Part shown: piece by piece, positions 52,901 to 64,000 of the stretch
Layout of the letters: each line of letters starts with the position of its first letter
Position numbering within the stretch: the first letter of the stretch is position 1
Assembly (NCBI RefSeq): GCF_009914755.1
Contig: NC_060946.1
Reading direction: 5' to 3' (one strand)
Length of the DNA stretch: 64,000 nucleotides
Origin: the human T2T-CHM13v2.0 reference genome, Homo sapiens
Notes under the pieces: model-generated
Databases searched by the model: none
Told to the model about the DNA's origin: nothing
What the model saw: only the letters and a program-made list of their open reading frames with translations
Made by a program: the position numbers and the translations under genes

Positions 52901-54300
52901 AAAGGAGTTTCTGAGAATGTTTCTGTCTAGTGGTTATGGGAAGATATTTGCTTTTTCACCGTAGGCCTCAGAGCGCTCCAAATATCCACTTGCACATACT
53001 ACAAAAAGAGTGCCTCAAAGCTGCTCTCTGAAACGGAATGTTCAACTCTATGAGTTGAATGCAAACATCGCAAAGACGTTTCTGAGAATGCTTCTGTCTA
53101 GATTTGATATGAAGATATTCCCGTTTCCAACGAAATCTTCAAATCTATCCAAATGTCCACTTGCAGATTCAACAAAAAGTGTTTTTCAGAACTGCTCTAT
53201 CAAAAGAAAGATCCACCTCTGTTAGCTGAGTTCACACATCACAAACAAGTTTATGAGAATGCTTCTGTCTAGTTTTTATTTGAAGATATTTCCTTTCTCA
53301 CCATAGACCTGAAAGCTGTCCTAATGTTCACTTCCAGATACTACAGAAAGAGTGTTTCAAAACTGCTGTACGAAAGGGAATGTTCAACTCTGTGACTTGA
53401 ATGCACACATCACAAAGAAGTTTCTGAGGATGCTGCTGTCTACTTTTTATACGTAATCCCGTTTCCAACGAAATCCTCCAAGCTATCCAAATATCCACTT
53501 GCAGATTCCACAGAAAGACTGTTTCAAAACTGCTCTGTCAATAGAAAAGTTCAACTCTGTTAGCTGCGTGCATATATCCCAAAGAAGATTCTGAGATTGC
53601 TTCTGTCTAGTTTTTATGGGAAGATATTTCCCTTTTCACTGTAGGCGTCAAGGCGCTCCAAATGTCCACTTCCAGATACTACAAAAAGAGTGTTTCAAAC
53701 CTACTCTGTGAAAGGGAATATTCAACTCTGTGACTTGAATGCAGATATCACAAAGAAGTTTCTGAGAATGCTTCTGTCTAGATTTTATAGGAAGATATTC
53801 CCGTTTCCAACGAAATCTTCACAGCTATCCAAATATCCACTTGCAGATTCTACAAAAAGAGTGTATCAAAACTGCTCTGTCAAAAGGAAGGTTCTTCTCT
53901 GTTAGGTGAGTGCATACGTCATAAAGGAGTTTCTGAGAATGTTTCTGTCTAGTGGTTATGGGAAGATATTTGCTTTTTCACCGTAGGCCTCAGAGCTCTC
54001 CAAATATCCACTTGCACATACTACAAAAAGTGTGCCTCAAAGCTGCTCTCTGAAACGGAATGTTCAACTCTATGAGTTGAATGCAAACATCACAAAGACG
54101 TTTCTGAGAATGCTTCTGTCTAGATTTGATATGAAGATATTCCCGTTTCCAACGAAATCTTCAAATCTATCGAAATGTCCACTTGCAGATTCAACAAAAA
54201 GTGTTTTTCAGAACTGCTCTATCAAAAGAAAGATCCACCTCTGTTAGCTGAGTTCACACATCACAAACAAGTTTATGAGAATGCTTCTGTCTAGTTTTTA
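40960..54300. repeat. Non-adjacent ~5.5-kb repeat: ~40960-46430 recurs at ~48800-54270 (offset 7839 bp)
   Basis: HOR variants pair 41079/48918, 42443/50282, 43681/51520, 45171/53010 and 46193/54032. A mutated CENP-B box (taccg) is shared at 42210/50049. Confidence 0.85.
45171..46192 (-). repeat. Single 6-mer HOR variant
   Basis: Ruler spacing 45171-46193; hybrid-junction ORF at 45851. Confidence 0.95.
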
Positions 54301-56075
54301 TTTGAAGATATTTCCTTTCTCACCATAGACCTGAAAGCTGTCCTAATGTTCACTTCCAGATACTACAGAAAGAGTGTTTCAAAACTGCTGTACGAAAGGG
54401 AATGTTCAACTCTGTGACTTGAATGCACACATCACAAAGAAGTTTCTGAGGATGCTGCTGTCTACTTTTTATACGTAATCCCGTTTCCAACGAAATCCTC
54501 CAAGCTATCCAAATATCCACTTGCAGATTCCACAGAAAGACTGTTTCAAAACTGCTCTGTCAATAGAAAGGTTCAACTCTGTTAGCTGCGTGCATATATC
54601 CCAAAGAAGATTCTGAGATTGCTTCTGTCTAGTTTTTATGGGAAGATATTTCCCTTTTCACTGTAGGCGTCAAGGCGCTCCAAATGTCCACTTCCAGATA
54701 CTACAAAAAGAGTGTTTCAAACCTACTCTGTGAAAGGGAATATTCAACTCTGTGACTTGAATGCAGATATCACAAAGAAGTTTCTGAGAATGCTTCTGTC
54801 TAGATTTTATAGGAAGATATTCCCGTTTCCAACGAAATCTTCACAGCTATCCAAATATCCACTTGCAGATTCTACAAAAAGAGTGTATCAAAACTGCTCT
54901 GTCAAAAGGAAGGTTCTTCTCTGTTAGGTGAGTGCATACTTCATAAAGGAGTTTCTGAGAATGTTTCTGTCTAGTGGTTATGGGAAGATATTTGCTTTTT
55001 CACCGTAGGCCTCAGAGCGCTCCAAATATCCACTTGCACATACTACAAAAAGTGTGCCTCAAAGCTGCTCTCTGAAACGGAATGTTCAACTCTATGAGTT
55101 GAATGCAAACATCACAAAGACGTTTCTGAAAATGCTTCTGTCTAGATTTGATATGAAGATATTCCCGTTTCCAACGAAATCTTCAAATCTATCGAAATGT
55201 CCACTTGCAGATTCAACAAAAAGTGTTTTTCAGAACTGCTCTATCAAAAGAAAGATCCACCTCTGTTAGCTGAGTTCACACATCACAAACAAGTTTATGA
55301 GAATGCTTCTGTCTAGTTTTTATTTGAAGATATTTCCTTTCTCACCATAGACCTGAAAGCTGTCCTAATGTTCACTTCCAGATACTACAGAAAGAGTGTT
55401 TCAAAACTGCTGTACGAAAGGGAATGTTCAACTCTGTGACTTGAATGCACACATCACAAAGAAGTTTCTGAGGATGCTGCTGTCTACTTTTTATACATAA
55501 TCCCGTTTCCAACGAAATCCTCCAAGCTATCCAAATATCCATTTGCAGATTCCACAGAAAGACTGTTTCAAAACTGCTCTGTCAATAGAAAGGTTCAACT
55601 CTGTTAGCTGCGTGCATATATCCCAAAGAAGATTCTGAGATTGCTTCTGTCTAGTTTTTATGGGAAGATATTTCCCTTTTCACCGTAGGCGTCAAGGCGC
55701 TCCAAATGTCCACTTCCAGATACTACAAAAAGAGTGTTTCAAACCTACTCTGTGAAAGGGAATATTCAACTCTGTGACTTGAATGCAGATATCACAAAGA
55801 AGTTTCTGAGAATGCTTCTGTCTAGATTTTATAGGAAGATATTCCCGTTTCCAACGAAATCTTCACAGCTATCCCAATATCCACTTGCAGATTCTACAAA
55901 AAGAGTGTATCAAAACTGCTCTGTCAAAAGGAAGGTTCTTCTCTGTTAGGTGAGTGCATACGTCATAAAGCAGTTTCTGAGAATGTTTCTGTCTAGTGGT
56001 TATGGGAAGATATTTGCTTTTTCACAGAAGGCCTCAGAGCGCTCCAAATATCCACTTGCACATACTACAAAAAGA
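53010..56075 (-). repeat. Three consecutive 6-mer HOR variants
   Basis: Ruler spacing 53010-54032-55054-56076; hybrid-junction ORFs at 53690, 54712 and 55734. Confidence 0.95.
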
Positions 56076-57439
56076 GTGCCTCAAAGCTGCTCTCTGAAAC
56101 GTAATGTTCAACTTTATGAGTTGAATGCAAACATCACAAAGACGTTTCTGAGAATGCTTCTGTCTAGATTTGATATGAAGATATTCCCGTTTCCAACGAA
56201 ATCTTCAAATCTATCCAAATGTCCACTTGCAGATTCAACAAAAAGTGTTTTTCAGATCTGCTCTATCAAAAGAAAGATCCATCTCTGTTAGCTGAGTTCA
56301 CACATCACAAACAAGTTTATGAGAATGCTTCTGTCTAGTTTTTATTTGAAGATATTTCCTTTCTCACCATAGACCTGAAAGCTGTCCTAATGTTCACTTC
56401 CAGATACTACAGAAAGAGTGTTTCAAAACTGCTGTACGAAAGGGAATGTTCAACTCTGTGACTTGAATGCACACATCACAAAGAAGTTTCTGAGGATGCT
56501 GCTGTCTACTTTTTATACGTAATCCCGTTTCCAACGAAATCCTCCAAGCTATCCAAATATCCACTTGGAGATTCCACAGAAAGACTGTTTCAAAACTGCT
56601 CTGTCAATAGAAAGGTTCAACTCTGTTAACTGCGTGCATATATCCCAAAGAAGATTCTGAGATTGCTTCTGTCTAGTTTTTATGGGAAGATATTTCCCTT
56701 TTCACCGTAGGCGTCAAGGCGCTCCAAATGTCCACTTCCAGATACTACAAAAAGAGTGTTTCAAACCTACTCTGTGAAAGGGAATATTCAACTCTGTGAC
56801 TTGAATGCACATATCACAAAGAAGTTTCTGAGAATGCTTCTGTCGAGATTTTATATGAAGATATTCCCGTTTCCAACGAAATCCTGAAATCTATCCAAAT
56901 ATCCCCTCGCAGATTCTACAAAAAGAGTGTTTCAAAACTGCTCTGTAAAAAGAAAGGTTCAACTCTGTTAGTTGAGTACACACTTCACAAACAAGTTTCA
57001 CAGAATGCTTCTTTCTAGCTTGTAGGGGAAGATATTCCCTTTATCACCATGGGCCTCCAACCGTCCGAAACATCCACTTCCATATACTACAAAAAGAGCG
57101 TTTCAAACCTGCTCTATGAAAGGCAATGTTCAACTCTGTGACTTGAATGCAGACATCACAGAGCAGTTTCTGAGAATGCTTCTGTCTAGATTTTATAGGA
57201 AGATATTCCCGTTTCCAACGAAATCTTCACAGATATCCAAATATCCACTTGCAGATTCTACAAAAAGAGTGTATCAAAACTGCTCTGTCAAAAGGAAGGT
57301 TCTTCTCTGTTAGGTGAGTGCATACGTCATAAAGGAGTTTCTGAGAATGTTTCTGTCTAGTGGTTATGGGAAGATATTTGCTTTTTCACCGTAGGCCTCA
57401 GAGCGCTCCAAATATCCACTTGCACATACTACAAAAAGA

Positions 57440-59483
57440 GTGCCTCAAAGCTGCTCTCTGAAACGGAATGTTCAACTCTATGAGTTGAATGCAAACATCG
57501 CAAAGACGTTTCTGAGAATGCTTCTGTCTAGATTTGATATGAAGATATTCCCGTTTCCAACGAAATCTTCAAATCTATCCAAATGTCCACTTGCAGATTC
57601 AACAAAAAGTGTTTTTCAGAACTGCTCTATCAAAAGAAAGATCCACCTCTGTTAGCTGAGTTCACACATCACAAACAAGTTTATGAGAATGCTTCTGTCT
57701 AGTTTTTATTTGAAGATATTTCCTTTCTCACCATAGACCTGAAAGCTGTCCTAATGTTCACTTCCAGATACTACAGAAAGAGTGTTTCAAAACTGCTGTA
57801 CGAAAGGGAATGTTCAACTCTGTGACTTGAATGCACACATCACAAAGAAGTTTCTGAGGATGCTGCTGTCTACTTTTTATACGTAATCCCGTTTCCAACG
57901 AAATCCTCCAAGCTATCCAAATATCCACTTGCAGATTCCACAGAAAGACTGTTTCAAAACTGATCTGTCAATAGAAAGGTTCAACTCTGTTAGCTGCGTG
58001 CATATATCCCAAAGAAGATTCTGAGATTGCTTCTGTCTAGTTTTTATGGGAAGATATTTCCCTTTTCACTGTAGGCGTCAAGGCGCTCCAAATGTCCACT
58101 TCCAGATACTACAAAAAGAGTGTTTCAAACCTACTCTGTGAAAGGGAATATTCAACTCTGTGACTTGAATGCAGATATCACAAAGAAGTTTCTGAGAATG
58201 CTTCTGTCTAGATTTTATAGGAAGATATTCCCGTTTCCAACGAAATCTTCACAGCTATCCAAATATCCACTTGCAGATTCTACAAAAAGAGTGTATCAAA
58301 ACTGCTCTGTCAAAAGGAAGGTTCTTCTCTGTTAGGTGAGTGCATACGTCATAAAGGAGTTTCTGAGAATGTTTCTGTCTAGTGGTTATGGGAAGATATT
58401 TGCTTTTTCACCGTAGGCCTCAGAGCTCTCCAAATATCCACTTGCACATACTACAAAAAGTGTGCCTCAAAGCTGCTCTCTGAAACGGAATGTTCAACTC
58501 TATGAGTTGAATGCAAACATCACAAAGACGTTTCTGAGAATGCTTCTGTCTAGATTTGATATGAAGATATTCCCGTTTCCAACGAAATCTTCAAATCTAT
58601 CGAAATGTCCACTTGCAGATTCAACAAAAAGTGTTTTTCAGAACTGCTCTATCAAAAGAAAGATCCACCTCTGTTAGCTGAGTTCACACATCACAAACAA
58701 GTTTATGAGAATGCTTCTGTCTAGTTTTTATTTGAAGATATTTCCTTTCTCACCATAGACCTGAAAGCTGTCCTAATGTTCACTTCCAGATACTACAGAA
58801 AGAGTGTTTCAAAACTGCTGTACGAAAGGGAATGTTCAACTCTGTGACTTGAATGCACACATCACAAAGAAGTTTCTGAGGATGCTGCTGTCTACTTTTT
58901 ATACGTAATCCCGTTTCCAACGAAATCCTCCAAGCTATCCAAATATCCACTTGCAGATTCCACAGAAAGACTGTTTCAAAACTGCTCTGTCAATAGAAAG
59001 GTTCAACTCTGTTAGCTGCGTGCATATATCCCAAAGAAGATTCTGAGATTGCTTCTGTCTAGTTTTTATGGGAAGATATTTCCCTTTTCACTGTAGGCGT
59101 CAAGGCGCTCCAAATGTCCACTTCCAGATACTACAAAAAGAGTGTTTCAAACCTACTCTGTGAAAGGGAATATTCAACTCTGTGACTTGAATGCAGATAT
59201 CACAAAGAAGTTTCTGAGAATGCTTCTGTCTAGATTTTATAGGAAGATATTCCCGTTTCCAACGAAATCTTCACAGCTATCCAAATATCCACTTGCAGAT
59301 TCTACAAAAAGAGTGTATCAAAACTGCTCTGTCAAAAGGAAGGTTCTTCTCTGTTAGGTGAGTGCATACTTCATAAAGGAGTTTCTGAGAATGTTTCTGT
59401 CTAGTGGTTATGGGAAGATATTTGCTTTTTCACCGTAGGCCTCAGAGCGCTCCAAATATCCACTTGCACATACTACAAAAAGT
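57440..59483 (-). repeat. Two consecutive 6-mer HOR variants
   Basis: Ruler spacing 57440-58462-59484; hybrid-junction ORFs at 58120 and 59142. Confidence 0.95.
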
Positions 59484-62400
59484 GTGCCTCAAAGCTGCTC
59501 TCTGAAACGGAATGTTCAACTCTATGAGTTGAATGCAAACATCACAAAGACGTTTCTGAAAATGCTTCTTTCTAGATTTGATATGAAGATATTCCCGTTT
59601 CCAACGAAATCTTCAAATCTATCCAAATGTCCACTTGCAGATTCAACAAAAAGTGTTTTTCAGAACTGCTCTATCAAAAGAAAGATCCACCTCTGTTAGC
59701 TGAGTTCACACATCACAAACAAGTTTATGAGAATGCTTCTGTCTAGTTTTTATTTGAAGATATTTCCTTTCTCACCATAGACCTGAAAGCTGTCCTAATG
59801 TTCACTTCCAGATACTACAGAAAGAGTGTTTCAAAACTGCTGTACGAAAGGGAATGTTCAACTCTGTGACTTGAATGCACACATCACAAAGAAGATTCTG
59901 AGGATGCTGCTGTCTACTTTTTATACGTAATCCCGTTTCCAACGAAATCCTCCAAGCTATCCAAATATCCACTTGCAGATTCCACAGAAAGACTGTTTCA
60001 AAACTGCTCTGTCAATAGAAAGGTTCAACTCTGTTAGCTGCGTGCATATATCCCAAAGAAGATTCTGAGATTGCTTCTGTCTAGTTTTTATGGGAAGATA
60101 TTTCCCTTTTCACCGTAGGCGTCAAGGCGCTCCAAATGTCCACTTCCAGATACTACAAAAAGAGTGTTTCAAACCTACTCTGTGAAAGGGAATATTCAAC
60201 TCTGTGACTTGAATGGAGATATCACAAAGAAGTTTCTGAGAATGCTTCTGTCGAGATTTTATATGAAGATATTCCCGTTTCCAACGAAATCCTGAAATCT
60301 ATCCAAATATCCCCTCGCAGATTCTACAAAAAGAGTGTTTCAAAACTGCTCTGTAAAAAGAAAGGTTCAACTCTGTTAGTTGAGTACACACATCACAAAC
60401 AAGTTTCACAGAATGCTTCTTTCTAGCTTGTAGGGGAAGATATTCCCTTTATCACCATGGGCCTCAAACCGTCCGAAACGTCCACTTCCATATACTACAA
60501 AAAGAGCGTTTCAAACCTGCTCTAGGAAAGGCAATGTTCAACTCTGTGACTTGAATGCAGACATCACAGAGCAGTTTCTGAGAATGCTTCTGTCTAGATT
60601 TTATAGGAAGATATTCCCGTTTCCAACGAAATCTTCACAGCTATCCCAATATCCTCTTGCAGATTCTACAAAAAGAGTGTATCAAAACTGCTCTGTCAAA
60701 AGGAAGGTTCTTCTCTGTTAGGTGAGTGCATACGTCATAAAGGAGTTTCTGAGAATGTTTCTGTCTAGTGGTTATGGGAAGATATTTGCTTTTTCACCGA
60801 AGGCCTCAGAGCGCTCCAAATATCCACTTGCACATACTACAAAATGAGTGCCTCAAAGCTGCTCTCTGAAACGGAATGTTCAACTCTATGAGTTGAATGC
60901 AAACATCACAAAGACGTTTCCGAGAATGCTTCTGCCTAGATTTGATATGAAGATATTCCCGTTTCCAACGAAATCTTCAAATCTATCCAAATGTCCACCT
61001 GCAGATTCAACAAAAAGTGTTTTTCAGAACTGCTCTATCAAAAGAAAGATCCATCTCTGTTAGCTGAGTTCACACATCACAAACAAGTTTATGAGAATGC
61101 TTCTGTCTAGTTTTTATTTGAAGATATTTCCTTTCTCACCATAGAGCTGAAAGCTGTCCTAATGTTCACTTCCAGATACTACAGAAAGAGTGTTTCAAAA
61201 CTGCTGTACGAAAGGGAATGTTCAACTCTGTGACTTGAATGCACACATCACAAAGAAGTTTCTGAGGATGCTGCTGTCTACTTTTTATACGTAATCCCGT
61301 TTCCAACGAAATCCTCCAAGCTATCCAAATATCCACTTGCAGATTCCACAGAAAGACTGTTTCAAAACTGCTCTGTCAATAGAAAGGTTCAACTCTGTTA
61401 ACTGCGTGCATATATCCCAAAGAAGATTCTGAGATTGCTTCTGTCTAGTTTTTATGGGAAGATATTTCCCTTTTCACCGTAGGCGTCAAGGCGCTCCAAA
61501 TGTCCACTTCCAGATACTACAAAAAGAGTGTTTCAAACCTACTCTGTGAAAGGGAATATTCAACTCTGTGACTTGAATGCACATATCACAAAGAAGTTTC
61601 TGAGAATGCTTCTGTCGAGATTTTATATGAAGATATTCCCGTTTCCAACGAAATCCTGAAATCTATCCAAATATCCCCTCGCAGATTCTACAAAAAGAGT
61701 GTTTCAAAACTGCTCTGTAAAAAGAAAGGTTCAACTCTGTTACTTGAGTACACACATCACAAACAAGTTTCACAGAATGCTTCTTTCTAGCTTGTAGGGG
61801 AAGATATTCCCTTTATCACCATGGGCCTCCAACCGTCCGAAACATCCACTTCCATATACTACAAAAAGAGCGTTTCAAACCTGCTCTATGAAAGGCAATG
61901 TTCAACTCTGTGACTTGAATGCAGACATCACAGAGCAGTTTCTGAGAATGCTTCTGTCTAGATTTTATAGGAAGATATTCCCGTTTCCAACGAAATCTTC
62001 ACAGTTATCCAAATATCCACTTGCAGATTCTACAAAAAGAGTGTATCAAAACTGCTCTGTCAAAAGGAAGGTTCTTCTCTGTTAGGTGAGTGCATACGTC
62101 ATAAAGGAGTTTCTGAGAATGTTTCTGTCTAGTGGTTATGGGAAGATATTTGCTTTTTCACCGTAGGCCTCAGAGCGCTCCAAATATCCACTTGCACATA
62201 CTACAAAAAGTGTGCCTCAAAGCTGCTCTCTGAAACGGAATGTTCAACTCTATGAGTTGAATGCAAACATCACAAAGACGTTTCTGAGAATGCTTCTGTC
62301 AAAATTTGATATGAAGATATTCCCGTTTCCAACGAAATCTTCAAATCTATCCAAATGTCCACTTGCAGATTCAACAAAAAGTGTTTTTCAGAACTGCTCT

Positions 62401-64000
62401 ATCAAAAGAAAGATCCACCTCTGTTAGCAGAGTTCACACATCACAAACAAGTTTATGAGAATGCTTCTGTCTAGTTTTTATTTGAAGATATTTCCTTTCT
62501 CACCATAGACCTGAAAGCTGTCCTAATGTTCACTTCCAGATACTACAGAAAGAGTGTTTCAAAACTGCTGTACGAAAGGGAATGTTCAACTCTGTGACTT
62601 GAATGCACACATCACAAAGAAGTTTCTGAGGATGCTGCTGTCTACTTTTTATACGTAATCCCGTTTCCAACGAAATCCTCCAAGCTATCCAAATATCCAT
62701 TTGCAGATTCCACAGAAAGACTGTTTCAAAACTGCTCTGTCAATAGAAAGGTTCAACTCTGTTAGCTGCGTGCATATATCCCAAAGAAGATTCTGAGATT
62801 GCTTCTGTCTAGTTTTTATGGGAAGATATTTCCCTTTTCACCGTAGGCGTCAAGGCGCTCCAAATGTCCACTTCCAGATACTACAAAAAGAGTGTTTCAA
62901 ACCTACTCTGTGAAAGGGAATATTCAACTCTGTGACTTGAATGCACATATCACAAAGAAGTTTCTGAGAATGTTTCTGTCGAGATTTTATATGAAGATAT
63001 TCCCGTTTCCAACGAAATCCTGAAATCTATCCAAATATCCCCTCGCAGATTCTACAAAAAGAGTGTTTCAAAACTGCTCTGTAAAAAGAAAGGTTCAACT
63101 CTGTTAGTTGAGTACACACATCACAAACAAGTTTCACAGAATGCTTCTTTCTAGCTTGTAGGGGAAGATATTCCCTTTATCACCATGGGCCTCAAACCGT
63201 CCGAAACGTCCACTTCCATATACTACAAAAAGAGCGTTTCAAACCTGCTCTAGGAAAGGCAATGTTCAACTCTGTGACTTGAATGCAGACATCACAGAGC
63301 AGTTTCTGAGAATGCTTCTGTCTAGATTTTATAGGAAGATATTCCCGTTTCCAACGAAATCTTCACAGCTATCCCAATATCCACTTGCAGATTCTACAAA
63401 AAGAGTGTATCAAAACTGCTCTGTGAAAAGGAAGGTTCTTCTCTGTTAGGTGAGTGCATACGTCATAAAGGAGTTTCTGAGAATGTTTCTGTCTAGTGGT
63501 TATGGGAAGATATTTGCTTTTTAACCGTAGGCCTCAGAGCGCTCCAAATATCCACTTGCACATACTACAAAAAGAGTGCCTCAAAGCTGCTCTCTGAAAC
63601 GGAATGTTCAACTCTATGAGTTGAATGCAAACATCACAACGACGTTTCTGAGAATGCTTCTGTCTAGATTTGATATGAAGATATTCCCGTTACCAACGAA
63701 ATCTTCAAATCTATCCAAATGTCCACTTGCAGATTCAACAAAAAGTGTTTTTCAGAACTGCTCTATCAAAAGAAAGATCCACCTCTGTTAGCTGAGTTCA
63801 CACATCACAAACAAGTTTATGAGAATGCTTCTGTCTAGTTTTTATTTGAAGATATTTCCTTTCTCACCATAGACCTGAAAGCTGTCCTAATGTTCACTTC
63901 CAGACACTACAGAAAGAGTGTTTCAAAACTGCTGTACGAAAGGGAATGTTCAACTCTGTGACTTGAATGCACACATCACAAAGAAGTTTCTGAGGATGCT

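Larger units (their letters stand above)
51371..59600. repeat. Tandem duplication with period 4430 bp (8+6+6+6 monomers); second copy starts at ~55801 and stops matching near 59.6 kb
   Basis: ORFs pair 51520/55950, 52686/57116, 53010/57440, 54032/58462 and 55054/59484. Shared variants include ataaagcag, ttcacagaag, aaacgtaat, cacttggag and acagatatcc. Confidence 0.88.
1..64000 (-). repeat. Centromeric alpha-satellite higher-order repeat array: 8-mer HOR of 1364 bp (4 A/B dimers) with 6-mer (1022 bp) variants; single orientation, with CENP-B boxes on the minus strand
   Basis: ~171-bp periodicity with typical alphoid motifs (ttcaactctgtgacttgaatgc, gtttctgagaatgcttctgtctag, tccacttgcagattctacaaaaagagtgtttcaaaactgctct). 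The same pseudo-ORF start recurs at 168, 1532, 2896, 4260 etc. (1364-bp period) with copies ~99% identical by eye. CENP-B boxes are spaced 338/342/342/342 bp. No non-alphoid sequence seen. Confidence 0.99.
1..64000 (-). other. Probable identity: human SF2 8-mer HOR shared by chromosomes 14 and 22 (D14Z9/D22Z1, alphaXT subfamily); chr14 versus chr22 not distinguishable here
   Basis: Dimeric A/B organisation with an 8-mer period. Per HOR: XbaI (tctaga, 1619), TaqI (tcga, 2299) and XbaI (2641, 2983), giving an exact 680-bp XbaI-TaqI fragment. As I recall it, this defines the chr14/22 alphaXT(680) subfamily. No regular EcoRI site noticed. The assignment comes from memory, not from a database search. 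Confidence 0.7.

Noticed and set aside
168-63791. About 85 short ORFs (63-140 aa, e.g. MPQSCSLKRNVQLYELNAN..., MKGNVQLCDLNAD...)
   Set aside because: They are translations of alpha-satellite monomers recurring with the HOR period. Most use GTG starts, they appear or vanish with single SNPs, and they resemble no protein family I recognise. Used only as a ruler.
1-64000. CRISPR-like pattern of conserved motifs separated by variable sequence
   Set aside because: The intervening sequences are homologous monomers repeated every 1364 bp, not unique spacers, and there are no cas genes.
1-64000. Transposon insertion (L1/Alu), inversion or other non-alphoid insert
   Set aside because: The ruler intervals sum exactly (35x1364 + 2x1363 + 2x1361 + 10x1022 = 63408 = 63576-168), leaving no room for an insert. 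All CENP-B boxes seen are in one orientation, and there is no poly-A tail or target-site duplication.
1-64000. A previously undescribed gene-encoded biological system
   Set aside because: Nothing supports it: the window is fully explained by a known class of centromeric satellite. Any novelty lies in array structure and evolution.
1-64000. Assignment to other SF2 arrays (e.g. chr18 or chr20) or specifically to chr14 versus chr22
   Set aside because: The 8-mer period and XbaI-TaqI 680-bp pattern favour chr14/22, but choosing between those two, or fully excluding others, needs alignment to reference HORs.
1-64000. Claim that this window is the CENP-A/kinetochore site
   Set aside because: High homogeneity and dense CENP-B boxes fit an active-type array, but kinetochore position is epigenetic and cannot be read from sequence.

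Overview
The whole 64 kb window is a single uninterrupted, head-to-tail array of primate (almost certainly human) centromeric alpha-satellite. Monomers of ~171 bp alternate between CENP-B-box (B-type) and pJalpha-type (A-type), as in a dimeric suprachromosomal family (SF2-like). They are grouped into a 1364-bp 8-mer higher-order repeat (HOR), most likely the D14Z9/D22Z1 (chr14/22) active array. Using the repeated 71-aa pseudo-ORF as a ruler gives 49 complete HOR intervals between 168 and 63576: 35 of 1364 bp, 2 of 1363 bp, 2 of 1361 bp and 10 of 1022 bp (a 6-mer deletion variant, found only beyond 28.8 kb). I see no genes, transposon insertions or inversions, and all listed ORFs are repeat artefacts. 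I found no evidence of a new gene-encoded system. The interesting signal is the array's internal history: tandem multi-HOR duplications (2728, 4430, 4772 and 5455 bp periods), long-range re-occurrence of blocks (7.8, 12.3, 29.7 and ~49.8 kb apart), one markedly divergent HOR at ~20.3-21.7 kb, an apparently independent re-creation of the 6-mer at the same 22-bp breakpoint, and a set of inactivated CENP-B boxes. All variant calls were read by eye and need alignment to confirm.
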